DNA of 40,109 bases from Candidatus Anderseniibacteriota bacterium (GTDB taxonomy: Bacteria > Patescibacteriota > Andersenbacteria > UBA10190): NCBI GenBank assembly GCA_040881505.1, contig JBBEDC010000013.1:1-40109 (forward strand), given 5' to 3'. The position numbers and the translations under genes are program-made. The notes beneath the pieces are model-generated. The model was not told where the DNA came from, ran no database searches, and was given only the letters and a program-made list of their open reading frames with translations. Below, piece by piece: positions 8,826-17,357 of this stretch (position 1 is the first letter of the stretch; every line of letters begins with the position of its first letter).

Positions 8826-8864
8826 CCCCAGAAAGGCGTTCGCGCTTTTCTGGGGTTATTTTTT
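8826..8864 (+). terminator. rho-independent terminator
   Basis: CCCCAGAAAGGCG-TTCG-CGCTTTTCTGGGG hairpin followed by TTATTTTTT. Confidence 0.8.
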
Positions 8865-9081
8865 ATAAAACAAGAAGATTAAAAATAGCGGCAGCAAAAG
8901 CCAATCCCGCAATAGCAACGATTAGCTTTAAAATTTTAAACTTCAACACTGTCTGTCGAGCATCGTCCCCAATCGCATAGTTATACAAACTAGCATTACG
9001 GATCAGAATGATTCCCAAGATGAGAACAAGCACCAATACTGTCCCATTGACGATATATATAATTAGGTCTATCGCTGTCAT
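8863..9081 (-). CDS. small two-TM membrane protein
   Basis: AT-rich ORF encoding two hydrophobic helices (IDLIIYIVNGTVLVLVLILGIILI; LKLIVAIAGLAFAAAIFNLLVL). I use the ATG at 9081 because the track start at 9102 is a TTG inside the neighbouring terminator. Confidence 0.4.
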   Translation of the reverse strand: MTAIDLIIYIVNGTVLVLVLILGIILIRNASLYNYAIGDDARQTVLKFKILKLIVAIAGLAFAAAIFNLLVL

Positions 9082-9100
9082 AACTCGATCATACCATACC

Positions 9101-9127
9101 AAAAAGCCGCCTCTCCGGCGGCTTTTT
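9101..9127 (-). terminator. rho-independent terminator ending the pilin-array operon (bidirectional shape)
   Basis: AAAAA-GCCGCC-TCTCC-GGCGGC-TTTTT, located 20 nt downstream of the last pilin-like gene on the minus strand. Confidence 0.8.
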
Positions 9128-9146
9128 GTAAAAGAGATCTTACAAC

Positions 9147-9500
9147 TTACGCAGCATTAATCGCGTTGATAACGAAGCGTACTACTGCTGCTGCTAATCC
9201 AATAACGATTAGACCGATAACAGCATACAGAATAGTGTTTTTCGCCGCATCAGCCGCTGACTCATCGCCCTGTGAGGTTATGTATCGCACACCACCGATG
9301 ACGAGGAAGATAGCAGCTACTAGCGCTGCAAGCATTAAGGCCCAGTTGATAATCGTCTCAACTGCTGTAATGAGATCAGAATCTGCATCACCAGCAAAGT
9401 CGAAGTTGTCACCCTGTAGACCAATAGCAAATGCCTTAGCCGGTGCACTTAACACAAGCATTGGAAGAACGCTGTTTCGAAAAAACTTTTTGATATTCAT
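9147..9500 (-). CDS. VirB2/TrbC-like mini-pilin paralog 1 (T4SS-pilin-like, CPR type)
   Basis: Signal peptide (…LSAPAKAFA), short variable segment, then a conserved two-helix hairpin: IINWALMLAALVAAIFLVIGGVRYITSQGDE...AKNTILYAVIGLIVIGLAAAVV. Confidence 0.75.
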   Translation of the reverse strand: MNIKKFFRNSVLPMLVLSAPAKAFAIGLQGDNFDFAGDADSDLITAVETIINWALMLAALVAAIFLVIGGVRYITSQGDESAADAAKNTILYAVIGLIVIGLAAAVVRFVINAINAA

Positions 9501-9538
9501 ACTCCCTCACCTCCTTCGAATAGACAACGTGACATCCG

Positions 9539-9895
9539 CTACGCAAACGCGATGCCATCGATTACAAAATTAACAATTGCTGCCGACAAACCAATTGCAA
9601 TAAGTCCAATGACTGCATACAAAAGTGTTTTCTTCCCCTTCTCGGCCTGTCCCTCATCTCCAGCTGAGGTTATGAACCACACTCCACCAATGATGATAAA
9701 AATTGCTGCCACTATTGCTGCCAACATCAAGAAAACATTGATGATAATTTGAATGGCTACAATCAAAGGAGTGTCTGCGGTACCAGAAAATGGCACCACC
9801 CTGCTTAGCCCTTGCGCATGTAGGGCCAGGGGTAATAAGAACAGTGAGGCAACTACGCCGTATCTGAGCAATTTGTCCATCATAGAGATAATCAT
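9539..9895 (-). CDS. VirB2/TrbC-like mini-pilin paralog 2
   Basis: Signal peptide (LALHAQG), variable segment, then IINVFLMLAAIVAAIFIIIGGVWFITSAGDEGQAEKGKKTLLYAVIGLIAIGLSAAIVNF. Confidence 0.75.
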   Translation of the reverse strand: MIISMMDKLLRYGVVASLFLLPLALHAQGLSRVVPFSGTADTPLIVAIQIIINVFLMLAAIVAAIFIIIGGVWFITSAGDEGQAEKGKKTLLYAVIGLIAIGLSAAIVNFVIDGIAFA

Positions 9896-9903
9896 ATCAC
9901 CTG

Positions 9904-10281
9904 TTATCCAAATGAAGAAAGCGTAAAGTTCACGATTGCCGCCGATAGACCAATAACGATCAGTCCAATGACAGCATATAGAAGCGTTTTCTTACCTTTA
10001 CTTGCTTGCTGCTCATCTCCAGCTGAGGTTATAAACTGTACGCCTCCAATGACTACAAAGACTCCCGCTACAATACTAACAAGTACTAAGAATACATTAA
10101 TAATATCAGTCAGAACCCCTACAAGATCGTCCCCACAAGCTATATTCCATTTACCACATGCATCATCAGGAACATCATCTAGTTGGGCTGCGGCCGGGAA
10201 AACCGCCAATACAAGCATAGTAAAGGTGGCAATAAAGATTACCATATGTAGGAAACGAAAAGTGTGACGAATAGACTGCAT
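9904..10281 (-). CDS. VirB2/TrbC-like mini-pilin paralog 3
   Basis: Signal peptide (FPAAAQ), variable segment containing CGKWNIAC, then IINVFLVLVSIVAGVFVVIGGVQFITSAGDEQQASKGKKTLLYAVIGLIVIGLSAAIVNF. Confidence 0.75.
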   Translation of the reverse strand: MQSIRHTFRFLHMVIFIATFTMLVLAVFPAAAQLDDVPDDACGKWNIACGDDLVGVLTDIINVFLVLVSIVAGVFVVIGGVQFITSAGDEQQASKGKKTLLYAVIGLIVIGLSAAIVNFTLSSFG

Positions 10282-10286
10282 AGTAT

Positions 10287-10679
10287 CTAGTTTACCGCCC
10301 TAAGGATGAAGTTTACAACGACTGCCGAGAGGCCAATGACAATTAGCCCAATGACAGCATATAGAATAAGATTTTTTGCTTTTTTGGCCTTGTCCTCTTC
10401 TCCGGCAGACGTGAGAAATAGTACACCTCCATAAATCAGTACCGCAGATGCAACAATTGCCACAAAGGAAAGGAAAATCTTAATAATATCTTCAAGAAGC
10501 GTACGGAATGCTGCTCCATCTTCTTCGCCCTCTACGTCACATCGGATTCCCAAGCCTTCGCAATCAGCTGGCTGAAAAGACCCCGCCTCCACTTCGTGCA
10601 GAGGCGCATTTAGCAAAAATCCTCCAAAAACCATGAGTGTCACAAGAAAAAGTATGGTTGTTTTTTTAGCAAACAGCAT
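10287..10679 (-). CDS. VirB2/TrbC-like mini-pilin paralog 4
   Basis: Signal peptide, variable segment containing CEGLGIRC, then conserved IYGGVLFLTSAGEEDKAKKAKNLILYAVIGLIVIGLSAVVVNF. Confidence 0.75.
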   Translation of the reverse strand: MLFAKKTTILFLVTLMVFGGFLLNAPLHEVEAGSFQPADCEGLGIRCDVEGEEDGAAFRTLLEDIIKIFLSFVAIVASAVLIYGGVLFLTSAGEEDKAKKAKNLILYAVIGLIVIGLSAVVVNFILRAVN

Positions 10680-10681
10680 AG

Positions 10682-11062
10682 TTATTCTGCAAAAAATTCA
10701 ACAATCGTATTTACAGCCAATCCGGCTACCCCAATAACAACAAGTCCAATAATAGCAGCGAGAATGAGCTTCTTTGCTTTTTTAGCCTTATCTTCATCAC
10801 CTCCAGAAACAAGATACATCACACCACCAACAATAATTGCAGCAACGGCTAAAATGCTAACAAATGCTAATATAATTCTCACCACAGCACGGATAAAAGC
10901 CTCTGCTTCCGTATATTTTTCTACTCCACTGCCAGTTTCAATCGTATCAACTCTATCGAAACTATCACTAAATGAGACTGCATGAGTAACAGGAATGTGC
11001 GGGGCAAACAACATTAACGTGACAACGCCTCCATTTATAACCCACCGTAGTTTACTCATCAT
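10682..11062 (-). CDS. VirB2/TrbC-like mini-pilin paralog 5
   Basis: Signal peptide, variable segment, then conserved IVGGVMYLVSGGDEDKAKKAKKLILAAIIGLVVIGVAGLAVN. ATGA overlap with paralog 6. Confidence 0.72.
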   Translation of the reverse strand: MMSKLRWVINGGVVTLMLFAPHIPVTHAVSFSDSFDRVDTIETGSGVEKYTEAEAFIRAVVRIILAFVSILAVAAIIVGGVMYLVSGGDEDKAKKAKKLILAAIIGLVVIGVAGLAVNTIVEFFAE

Positions 11063-11385
11063 TCGCCCCCTTCTCCAAGTAGCAATCTTTTCACGATCTC
11101 AATTATTAGGAAGGAAGTACCGACTATGACAAGTCCAATGATTGCAGTAAGAATAATCTTCTTGGCAGTTCCAGTTCTCTTCTCATCTCCAAAAGAAATA
11201 ATATACATCACCCCACCAACGATAAGGGCTAACAGCGCCAGCACAGCTGAAATACCTAGGAGCCAGTCAATGATTCTCGTAAGAAGCGTGATTTCAATAT
11301 CTTTTTCCCCGGCGAGCTTTGCCAGCGTAGCATCAACCTTTGCCGCATCATCTAAGCCACTTTGAAAAAAATCAGTTTTAGCCAT
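11059..11385 (-). CDS. VirB2/TrbC-like mini-pilin paralog 6 (no obvious signal peptide)
   Basis: Conserved IIDWLLGISAVLALLALIVGGVMYIISFGDEKRTGTAKKIILTAIIGLVIVG. I prefer the start at MAKTDFF (11385), which removes the overlap with paralog 7. The N-terminus is hydrophilic, unlike its siblings. Confidence 0.65.
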   Translation of the reverse strand: MAKTDFFQSGLDDAAKVDATLAKLAGEKDIEITLLTRIIDWLLGISAVLALLALIVGGVMYIISFGDEKRTGTAKKIILTAIIGLVIVGTSFLIIEIVKRLLLGEGGE

Positions 11386-11389
11386 AATA

Positions 11390-11743
11390 CTATCCTTCTG
11401 CGGGCCCCGCACCGAGGAACCCACTTACAATAGCAATTAATGCATACGAGGCTATAACGACTATTAGCCCAATAACTGCCCATGTAATAATTTGCTTAGC
11501 CGACTTAACGGACTCTTCCTTGCCAAAAGACACGATAAGCTTTACGCCTCCTGCCACCAAAGCAAACAAGGCCAGTAGCCCAACAAGTCCAAGCAGCCAT
11601 TGAATAATATTAGTAAGGAGCTCTTGAACAGTCTCTATTCCATTGAGAGGGTTTGTTATCCCCGCTGCACTCACAGTAAATGGCAGCGTCCATACGGATA
11701 TTACTGCGGGCAAGAAGACATTACCTTTACTAAATATTCGCAT
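11390..11743 (-). CDS. VirB2/TrbC-like mini-pilin paralog 7
   Basis: Signal peptide (PFTVSAAG), then IIQWLLGLVGLLALFALVAGGVKLIVSFGKEESVKSAKQIITWAVIGLIVV. Its start overlaps the stop of the upstream solute-binding protein gene by 14 nt. Confidence 0.72.
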   Translation of the reverse strand: MRIFSKGNVFLPAVISVWTLPFTVSAAGITNPLNGIETVQELLTNIIQWLLGLVGLLALFALVAGGVKLIVSFGKEESVKSAKQIITWAVIGLIVVIASYALIAIVSGFLGAGPAEG

Positions 11744-13013
11744 TATTCGGTATTAACAACTGAAGCTGGTCCTGAGCGCGACGCAAAGCATCCTTTATAG
11801 TAATAGACCCCGTCACGACCTCGTCTATCATAGCATTAAAAATGGTATCTGTGGCGACGATGTCCACTCTCGGCCATGTACGTGCAATAAGGGATTGATC
11901 TGCGAACACCCCAAGCTCCGGATTGCTTCGCACTGCCTCTATGTTATCCCGTCGAGCCGGTGGAGCGCCTTGTGCTTCATTTATCAGAGGAGCCACAGAA
12001 GTATCTGTCAAAAACCGGACAAACTGCCAAGCCGCAGTTGGTGATTGCGAAGCTGGCGATACAGCAAAAGGCCAATAGTTAGCGAAGGCAACCTGCGTGC
12101 TATCAGCAATCTGCGGTACAGGCGCGATTGCAAAGTTCAACCGAGGATTTTTCGCCTTAATAGTTGAAATGTGGTGAGAATAGTTAAACATCATAGCCGA
12201 CTCCCCTTCTGCAAACGCGTCAATGGAGAAATCCTGAGACAGATCCCAGGTATATACCTTCTTTGATTTGTTAGAAAAGTCGGTGTAGAACGTCAGGGCC
12301 GTCTCGGCTACTTGATTGGCCAGATCAATACGACCATCACCTCGAACAATATCAAGGCCGCTTTGAATCATTAACAGCTGAAGAATATCTCCAGCCCGGT
12401 TTACATTTGAGGCAGTCCCAAGCGTTGCTGCGCTTTGTTCAATCACTCCAAGGCGAGAAACTCGCGTAATACTCTCAGCTGCTCGCTGAAAATCCTGCCA
12501 GGTACGAGGAGGACGAGCAATACTAGCGCCTGACAGGAGGTCGCGATTGTAATACAGCGCGAGAGTATCAACGGAAGTTGGGAGAGCATACACAAATCCA
12601 TCTCGGACAACGTCCTGTGCTACTACGGACACGAATTCGTCCTGTAACTGGCGTACGTTAATGACTTCAGCGGGGGCAGGACTCATAATACCCCGCTTCG
12701 ACTCGACCCACGTGTGGTGAATAACGAATATGTCGGGCCCTCTTCCTTCTGCTAATGCCTCTAGAAGCTCTCTTTCATACGTCGCAACTGAGGCAATCTT
12801 TTTGTATTCAACCGCAATACCCGTCTGTTCTGTGAACGCCTTAACGATAGGGTCCATACTCGCGCTCTCCTGCCATAGACCCCACACAACTAATGCTTGA
12901 GAGGTGCTATCACCTACCCTATTCTGCGGGCGACGACAGCCAAAGCCTAAAACAGAAATAGCGCTGACAACAATCAACAGGGTTAACGCTGCCGTTTTTA
13001 AGCGAGGGCTCAT
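11730..13013 (-). CDS. extracellular solute-binding lipoprotein (ABC family-1, sugar type), orphan
   Basis: 427 aa. Signal peptide with lipobox (VLGFGC). General SBP_bac_1-like pattern (VWGLW..., ...PDIFVIHHTW, ...YALP.SVDTLALYYNRDLL). No permease or ATPase gene lies nearby. Confidence 0.75.
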   Translation of the reverse strand: MSPRLKTAALTLLIVVSAISVLGFGCRRPQNRVGDSTSQALVVWGLWQESASMDPIVKAFTEQTGIAVEYKKIASVATYERELLEALAEGRGPDIFVIHHTWVESKRGIMSPAPAEVINVRQLQDEFVSVVAQDVVRDGFVYALPTSVDTLALYYNRDLLSGASIARPPRTWQDFQRAAESITRVSRLGVIEQSAATLGTASNVNRAGDILQLLMIQSGLDIVRGDGRIDLANQVAETALTFYTDFSNKSKKVYTWDLSQDFSIDAFAEGESAMMFNYSHHISTIKAKNPRLNFAIAPVPQIADSTQVAFANYWPFAVSPASQSPTAAWQFVRFLTDTSVAPLINEAQGAPPARRDNIEAVRSNPELGVFADQSLIARTWPRVDIVATDTIFNAMIDEVVTGSITIKDALRRAQDQLQLLIPNNANI

Positions 13014-13558
13014 GACTTCTGTTTGGATAACACCAGAGCGTAATGGTAGGGGCTCGGTGCGAATTTCTTTGCAATATAGAGACCTACCTCAGAAGCAACG
13101 CGGGTGATTTCCTCTGCTGGAATACGCTGACTAACTGGGGGGCCAAATGGGCTAGCTACAACGTCCCACCCGACGATGACAATATGCCCATTAGCGGCCA
13201 CTACTCGCATGGCCTCGCGTAGCAGTGTTGCGATATCTGACTGGTAAATGATATTCGCAAGTAATACCCAATCAGCTGTATTGTCGGGCAACGAACTTCC
13301 CTTAGGATTCTCTAGGTTCGCTCGAATAACCTGAATAATGGAGTCAACGTTTTCCCGTTTCGATCGACTTTCAGCCTCTGCCAACATGTCAGGCAACACA
13401 TCAATCCCTATCGCTTTCCCATTCTTGCCAACAATATGAGCTGCGGGAACAAGATAAAAACCTGCTCCTGCTCCAAAATGGACTACTGTTTGTTCAGCCC
13501 GCAAACCAACTGTTCGCCAAAACTCTTCGGGCCGAATGAAGGATTGTTCTTCTGTCAT
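13010..13558 (-). CDS. class I SAM-dependent methyltransferase
   Basis: 182 aa. Motif I-like VVHFGAGAGFY, acidic post-I residue (GIDV), and overall Rossmann-MT layout. 4-nt overlap with the downstream SBP gene. Confidence 0.7.
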   Translation of the reverse strand: MTEEQSFIRPEEFWRTVGLRAEQTVVHFGAGAGFYLVPAAHIVGKNGKAIGIDVLPDMLAEAESRSKRENVDSIIQVIRANLENPKGSSLPDNTADWVLLANIIYQSDIATLLREAMRVVAANGHIVIVGWDVVASPFGPPVSQRIPAEEITRVASEVGLYIAKKFAPSPYHYALVLSKQKS

Positions 13559-13616
13559 AAAGTATAGGATACCACAGAGCGGGGGACGAGCTGAAGCGCT
13601 CCTTCCTCAATATTTC

Positions 13617-16118
13617 CTACTCTGTTTCAGGAGCCCACGTCGTGAACGTTGCCACCTTGCCGCTCTTGTCAGACGCCTTCATCAAACGCACCCCCTGCGT
13701 TGCTCGTCCTTGCTTGCTAATACCATCGACAGAGATGCGGATAACCTGTCCTTTTTGAGAAACCACCAGGAGGTCAGTTTGCCCTACATCCTCGCCCTTA
13801 ACTAGCGCTGCATTCACGATGGATCCCGTCTTGGAGGTAATACTTGCTGTCTTGATGCCAGATCCGCCTCGCTTCTGCTTGCGATATTCCTTAACTGCCG
13901 TTCTCTTTCCATACCCTTGTTCTGTTACCACAATCACTTCCAAGTCTTTAGCTGCCGTGGGTGCAATAACGTGCATTGCAACAATTTCATCGTCCTTCTT
14001 CAAGCGCATTCCAATTACACCTGCCGCCGTACGTCCCATAGGCCGAACATCCTTTTCGGAAAAACGAACTGCCTGACCGTTTTTTGTTATAAGTATCACC
14101 TCATCCTTACCTGAAGATACTGCAACCCACTCCAGCGCATCTCCGTCTCTCAAGGTAATTGCCTTTAATCCACTGCGGCGAATATTGAGAAAATCTTCAC
14201 GGGGTGTTTTCTTCATTAAACCATTTCGCGTAGCCATCACCAGATATTCTCCATCATCCTCCTTAGCAGGCAGGGCCTGTATAGCCGTCACCTTTTCATC
14301 CGGCGCCATCTCTAAGAAGTTCTGTACTGCATGCCCTTTCGCTGCTCGTGCAGTTGCTGGTATCTCGTATGCCCGAGCGGAGAATACGCGTCCGAGGTTC
14401 GTAAAGAAGAGTAATTGCTTGTGCGTTGTAGTCGCCAAGAAAATATCAACTACATCCTCTTCTTTAGTTGTCATACCCCGGACACCTGTTCCTCCCCGAT
14501 GCTGAACCTGATAGGTGCTGGTTGCCAGTCGCTTAATATATCCTCCCCGGGTAATAGTAACGACGGTTGGATCATCAGGGACAAGGTCTTCTTGAGAAAA
14601 GTCACCTACTGCTTGAGAGAAAACACGCGTTCGGCGCGCGTCACCATAATCATTAATGACTTGAGTGAAATCATCCTTAATCATTCCGAATACCTTCTTA
14701 GGATCTTTAAGAATACTTTCTAACTCTTTAATAAGCTTCTTCTTTTCATTTAACTCATCTTCTACCTTCTTGCGCTCGAGACCAGAGAGTGTCTGTAATC
14801 GCATCTCCAAAATAGCCGTTGCTTGAGCGTCTGACAGTTTAAAGTTCTTACGCAAATTCTGATGAGCAGTTTCCCTATTTTTACTCTTCTTAATTGTAGC
14901 GATAACCTCATCAATATGATCCAGCGCCTTCTTTAGTCCTTCCAATATATGGGCGCGCTCTCGAGCACGATCGAGATCATGCTGCGTACGACGACGAATT
15001 ACTTCCTGTCGATGGTTAATATGTTCATTCAATACCTCCTTGAGTGTGAGAACCTTTGGCTGGCGCCCCTGCTCAACCAGTGCCAGCATGTTTACATGAA
15101 ATGTTTTCTGTAGATCCGTGGCAGAGAAAAGCTGATTCAGTACTTTTTTGGGATACGCATCCTTTTTCAGTTCAACCACAATACGCACGCCATCCTTATC
15201 GGACTCATCACGCAAGTCGCGGATGCCTTCAAGTCGCCCTTCTTTGACTCCTGCAGCAATCTTAGTAATAAGTGTTGCCTTATTTACCAGATACGGGATC
15301 TCACGCACGATAATACGGTGTGCTCCACGATTATCCTCCTCAATATCTGCAAGTGCTCGCATTACGATACTGCCTTTTCCTGTAGCATAGGCCTGTAAGA
15401 TTTCCTGCTTGTTGTATATCGCAGCTCCGGTAGGAAAATCAGGTCCCTGCACATACTTCATGAGGTCCTCCACGGTCGCATCCGGATTATCAATCAAGTG
15501 CATCGATGCCTCACAAATCTCCTTGAGGTTATGAGGGGGAACGTTTGTCGCCATCCCCACCGCAATACCGACTGTTCCATTAAGTAAGAATTGTGGTATC
15601 CGACTTGGCAAGACAACGGGCTCCTGGCGGGTTCCATCATAGTTATCAGCGAAGTTTACGGTTCCCTTTTCAATATCAAATAGCATCTCGTCCGCAATCT
15701 TGGATAGGCGAGACTCGGTATATCGCATCGCGGCTGGAGAGTCCCCATCGAGACTACCCCAGTTTCCTTGACCGTCGATAAGGGGGTAACGCAGAGAAAA
15801 GTCTTGCACCAAACGAGCTAAAGCATCATATACTGCTAAATCCCCATGGGGATGATATCGCCCCAACACTTCACCGACGACGTTGGCAGACTTACGCAAC
15901 TTTGCAGTGGAACGTAATCCTTGTCGCCACATCACATACAAGATACGCCGCGCTACTGGTTTAAGTCCGTCTCGAACATCCGGCAATGCGCGAGATACGA
16001 TAACGCTCATCGCATAGTCCAGATAGCTTTTCTGGATTTCATCGGATAGGTTCTGATCGATTAAGCGACCAATAGTATCAGTTCGCTTCTCGTCAAAATT
16101 TGTTATTTTCTTTGCCAT
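13617..16118 (-). CDS. gyrA: DNA gyrase subunit A
   Basis: 833 aa. [18 protein letters not shown], the AAMRYTE catalytic-Tyr motif, and C-terminal beta-pinwheel repeats. Confidence 0.97.
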   Translation of the reverse strand: MAKKITNFDEKRTDTIGRLIDQNLSDEIQKSYLDYAMSVIVSRALPDVRDGLKPVARRILYVMWRQGLRSTAKLRKSANVVGEVLGRYHPHGDLAVYDALARLVQDFSLRYPLIDGQGNWGSLDGDSPAAMRYTESRLSKIADEMLFDIEKGTVNFADNYDGTRQEPVVLPSRIPQFLLNGTVGIAVGMATNVPPHNLKEICEASMHLIDNPDATVEDLMKYVQGPDFPTGAAIYNKQEILQAYATGKGSIVMRALADIEEDNRGAHRIIVREIPYLVNKATLITKIAAGVKEGRLEGIRDLRDESDKDGVRIVVELKKDAYPKKVLNQLFSATDLQKTFHVNMLALVEQGRQPKVLTLKEVLNEHINHRQEVIRRRTQHDLDRARERAHILEGLKKALDHIDEVIATIKKSKNRETAHQNLRKNFKLSDAQATAILEMRLQTLSGLERKKVEDELNEKKKLIKELESILKDPKKVFGMIKDDFTQVINDYGDARRTRVFSQAVGDFSQEDLVPDDPTVVTITRGGYIKRLATSTYQVQHRGGTGVRGMTTKEEDVVDIFLATTTHKQLLFFTNLGRVFSARAYEIPATARAAKGHAVQNFLEMAPDEKVTAIQALPAKEDDGEYLVMATRNGLMKKTPREDFLNIRRSGLKAITLRDGDALEWVAVSSGKDEVILITKNGQAVRFSEKDVRPMGRTAAGVIGMRLKKDDEIVAMHVIAPTAAKDLEVIVVTEQGYGKRTAVKEYRKQKRGGSGIKTASITSKTGSIVNAALVKGEDVGQTDLLVVSQKGQVIRISVDGISKQGRATQGVRLMKASDKSGKVATFTTWAPETE

Positions 16119-16137
16119 AAGTTAAATGTAGCTTGCT

Positions 16138-16500
16138 TTAAGGAAGTGGTTCGGGGGTTGGGCTTAGCGTAGGGGTTGGGTTAACGGATGGTCCGGGGGT
16201 AATAAAGATCTGAGGAGTAGGGGATGCCAATGGCTGCACATCTTGCACTCCACCTACTTGTGGAGCTAGTGTTCCACCGTCCGGCAACGTATCATTTGCC
16301 ACTTGCTCTTGAGCGGGAGCGGGTTCTTGCGAATCGCTGTTAAGTCGTAATTGAAGAGGAAGGAATACCACAAGCCACAATGCTACGGCTACAATACCTC
16401 CCACCACAGTAAAAATTGACGCAGCCCTCATTCGAACATGCTCAGGCTGTTGGCGAAGGTCGTTAACCTTACGTTGAATACGCTTTCTCATATCACTCAA
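16138..16500 (-). CDS. hypothetical single-pass membrane protein with Pro-rich tail
   Basis: 120 aa. Basic N-terminus, one TM helix (IFTVVGGIVAVALWLVVFLPL), and a Pro/Thr-rich C-terminus. 4-nt overlap with the upstream gene. Confidence 0.55.
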   Translation of the reverse strand: MSDMRKRIQRKVNDLRQQPEHVRMRAASIFTVVGGIVAVALWLVVFLPLQLRLNSDSQEPAPAQEQVANDTLPDGGTLAPQVGGVQDVQPLASPTPQIFITPGPSVNPTPTLSPTPEPLP

Positions 16501-17138
16501 GGAGTAAGGACAACGGTAATCATATCTTCCTGCGGAAGTTTATTTGCCTTGAGCGTAAGTTTGCCTTCCTTCTTCGCAGGACTAACTCCCATTTCTTTTG
16601 CAAATTGATCCACTGGCTCAAGTGATTCCTTTAGTTTTGGAATCTTATAATGGATCGGAATAACGATACGAGGCTCAATAGTGGTAGTTAAGCTAATAGC
16701 TTGCTTAGTTGTAAGACCACTGCCTCCCCCTACCGGGACTATCAGAATATCGATGTTGGCCTGTTCAACACCTTGAAGCTCCTTATCCAGCAGTTCACGG
16801 TTCAGCGCCCCTACATGAAGAAGGGTCATATTCTCTATTTGCCATAATTGAAGGCTTCTCTCGCTACCATCCTCTGCCATCCATGGATGAGCGTGAAGTG
16901 TTAGCCCACGAAACGAATATTCGCCTGGAGTATTAACAATTGTTGGTTCGCCCTGAATGGCCGCGACCTGGCTCATAGAAGGATCACCTGGGTTCGTCAG
17001 CGAAACAATATCGCCCTTGGATCGAAAAGGTGATAGGCCTACTGTGGGGGCATATGGGTCCAGTACTAGAGTAGCGTCTTTTGCCGTTACCTTAATAGTG
17101 TATTGTCCGTGCCAGGTGATCTGCATACGAGATATCAT
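16497..17138 (-). CDS. MBL-fold (UPF0173/YtkL-like) protein with degenerate metal-binding motif
   Basis: ITWHGQYTIKV...LVLDPY N-terminus and IPIHY near the C-terminus match the family. At the place where HxHxDH is expected, the sequence reads SLTNPGDPSMS. Confidence 0.7.
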   Translation of the reverse strand: MISRMQITWHGQYTIKVTAKDATLVLDPYAPTVGLSPFRSKGDIVSLTNPGDPSMSQVAAIQGEPTIVNTPGEYSFRGLTLHAHPWMAEDGSERSLQLWQIENMTLLHVGALNRELLDKELQGVEQANIDILIVPVGGGSGLTTKQAISLTTTIEPRIVIPIHYKIPKLKESLEPVDQFAKEMGVSPAKKEGKLTLKANKLPQEDMITVVLTP

Positions 17139-17357
17139 ATATGAGAATATCTATTTCCGGAAGACCCGTATAAGGCAAAACACTACTTTGACTTTGAACC
17201 ATCTGTGTGGCATCATCACCCCGTCCTTAAGATAGCTTGGGCACTTCAGTACATCTTACTGAAGTATATTAATTCTTAAACCCGATTGGTCGCTATAAAC
17301 TGCCTTTTGGATCTCCTTGATTCAGTATCTCCAAGGGCCTGACCGATCACTATATGT

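Noticed and set aside
6500-8870. Search for att-like duplication of the tRNA-Leu 3' ends at the far ends of the tRNA-adjacent cassettes (also 34910..36550)
   Set aside because: By eye I found no copy of GGTTCGAGTCCTCTCATCCGCA or GGTTCAAGTCCTCTCGTCCGCA, nor of fragments of 10 nt or longer, near 8800-8870 or 36476-36550. No integrase is present. Classical tRNA-targeted integration is therefore not supported, although a computed alignment should confirm this.
9147-11743. Regular ~360-390-bp periodicity, first considered as a CRISPR-like or satellite repeat
   Set aside because: The units are full ORFs with signal peptides and conserved protein motifs. There are no short direct repeats with unique spacers. 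This is a paralogous gene array.
17243-17265. Perfect 9-bp hairpin ACTTCAGTA-CATCT-TACTGAAGT in the divergent MBL/rpsA intergenic region
   Set aside because: It could be an rpsA leader element, but it has no T-tract, no known motif and no conservation evidence. That is not enough to call a feature.
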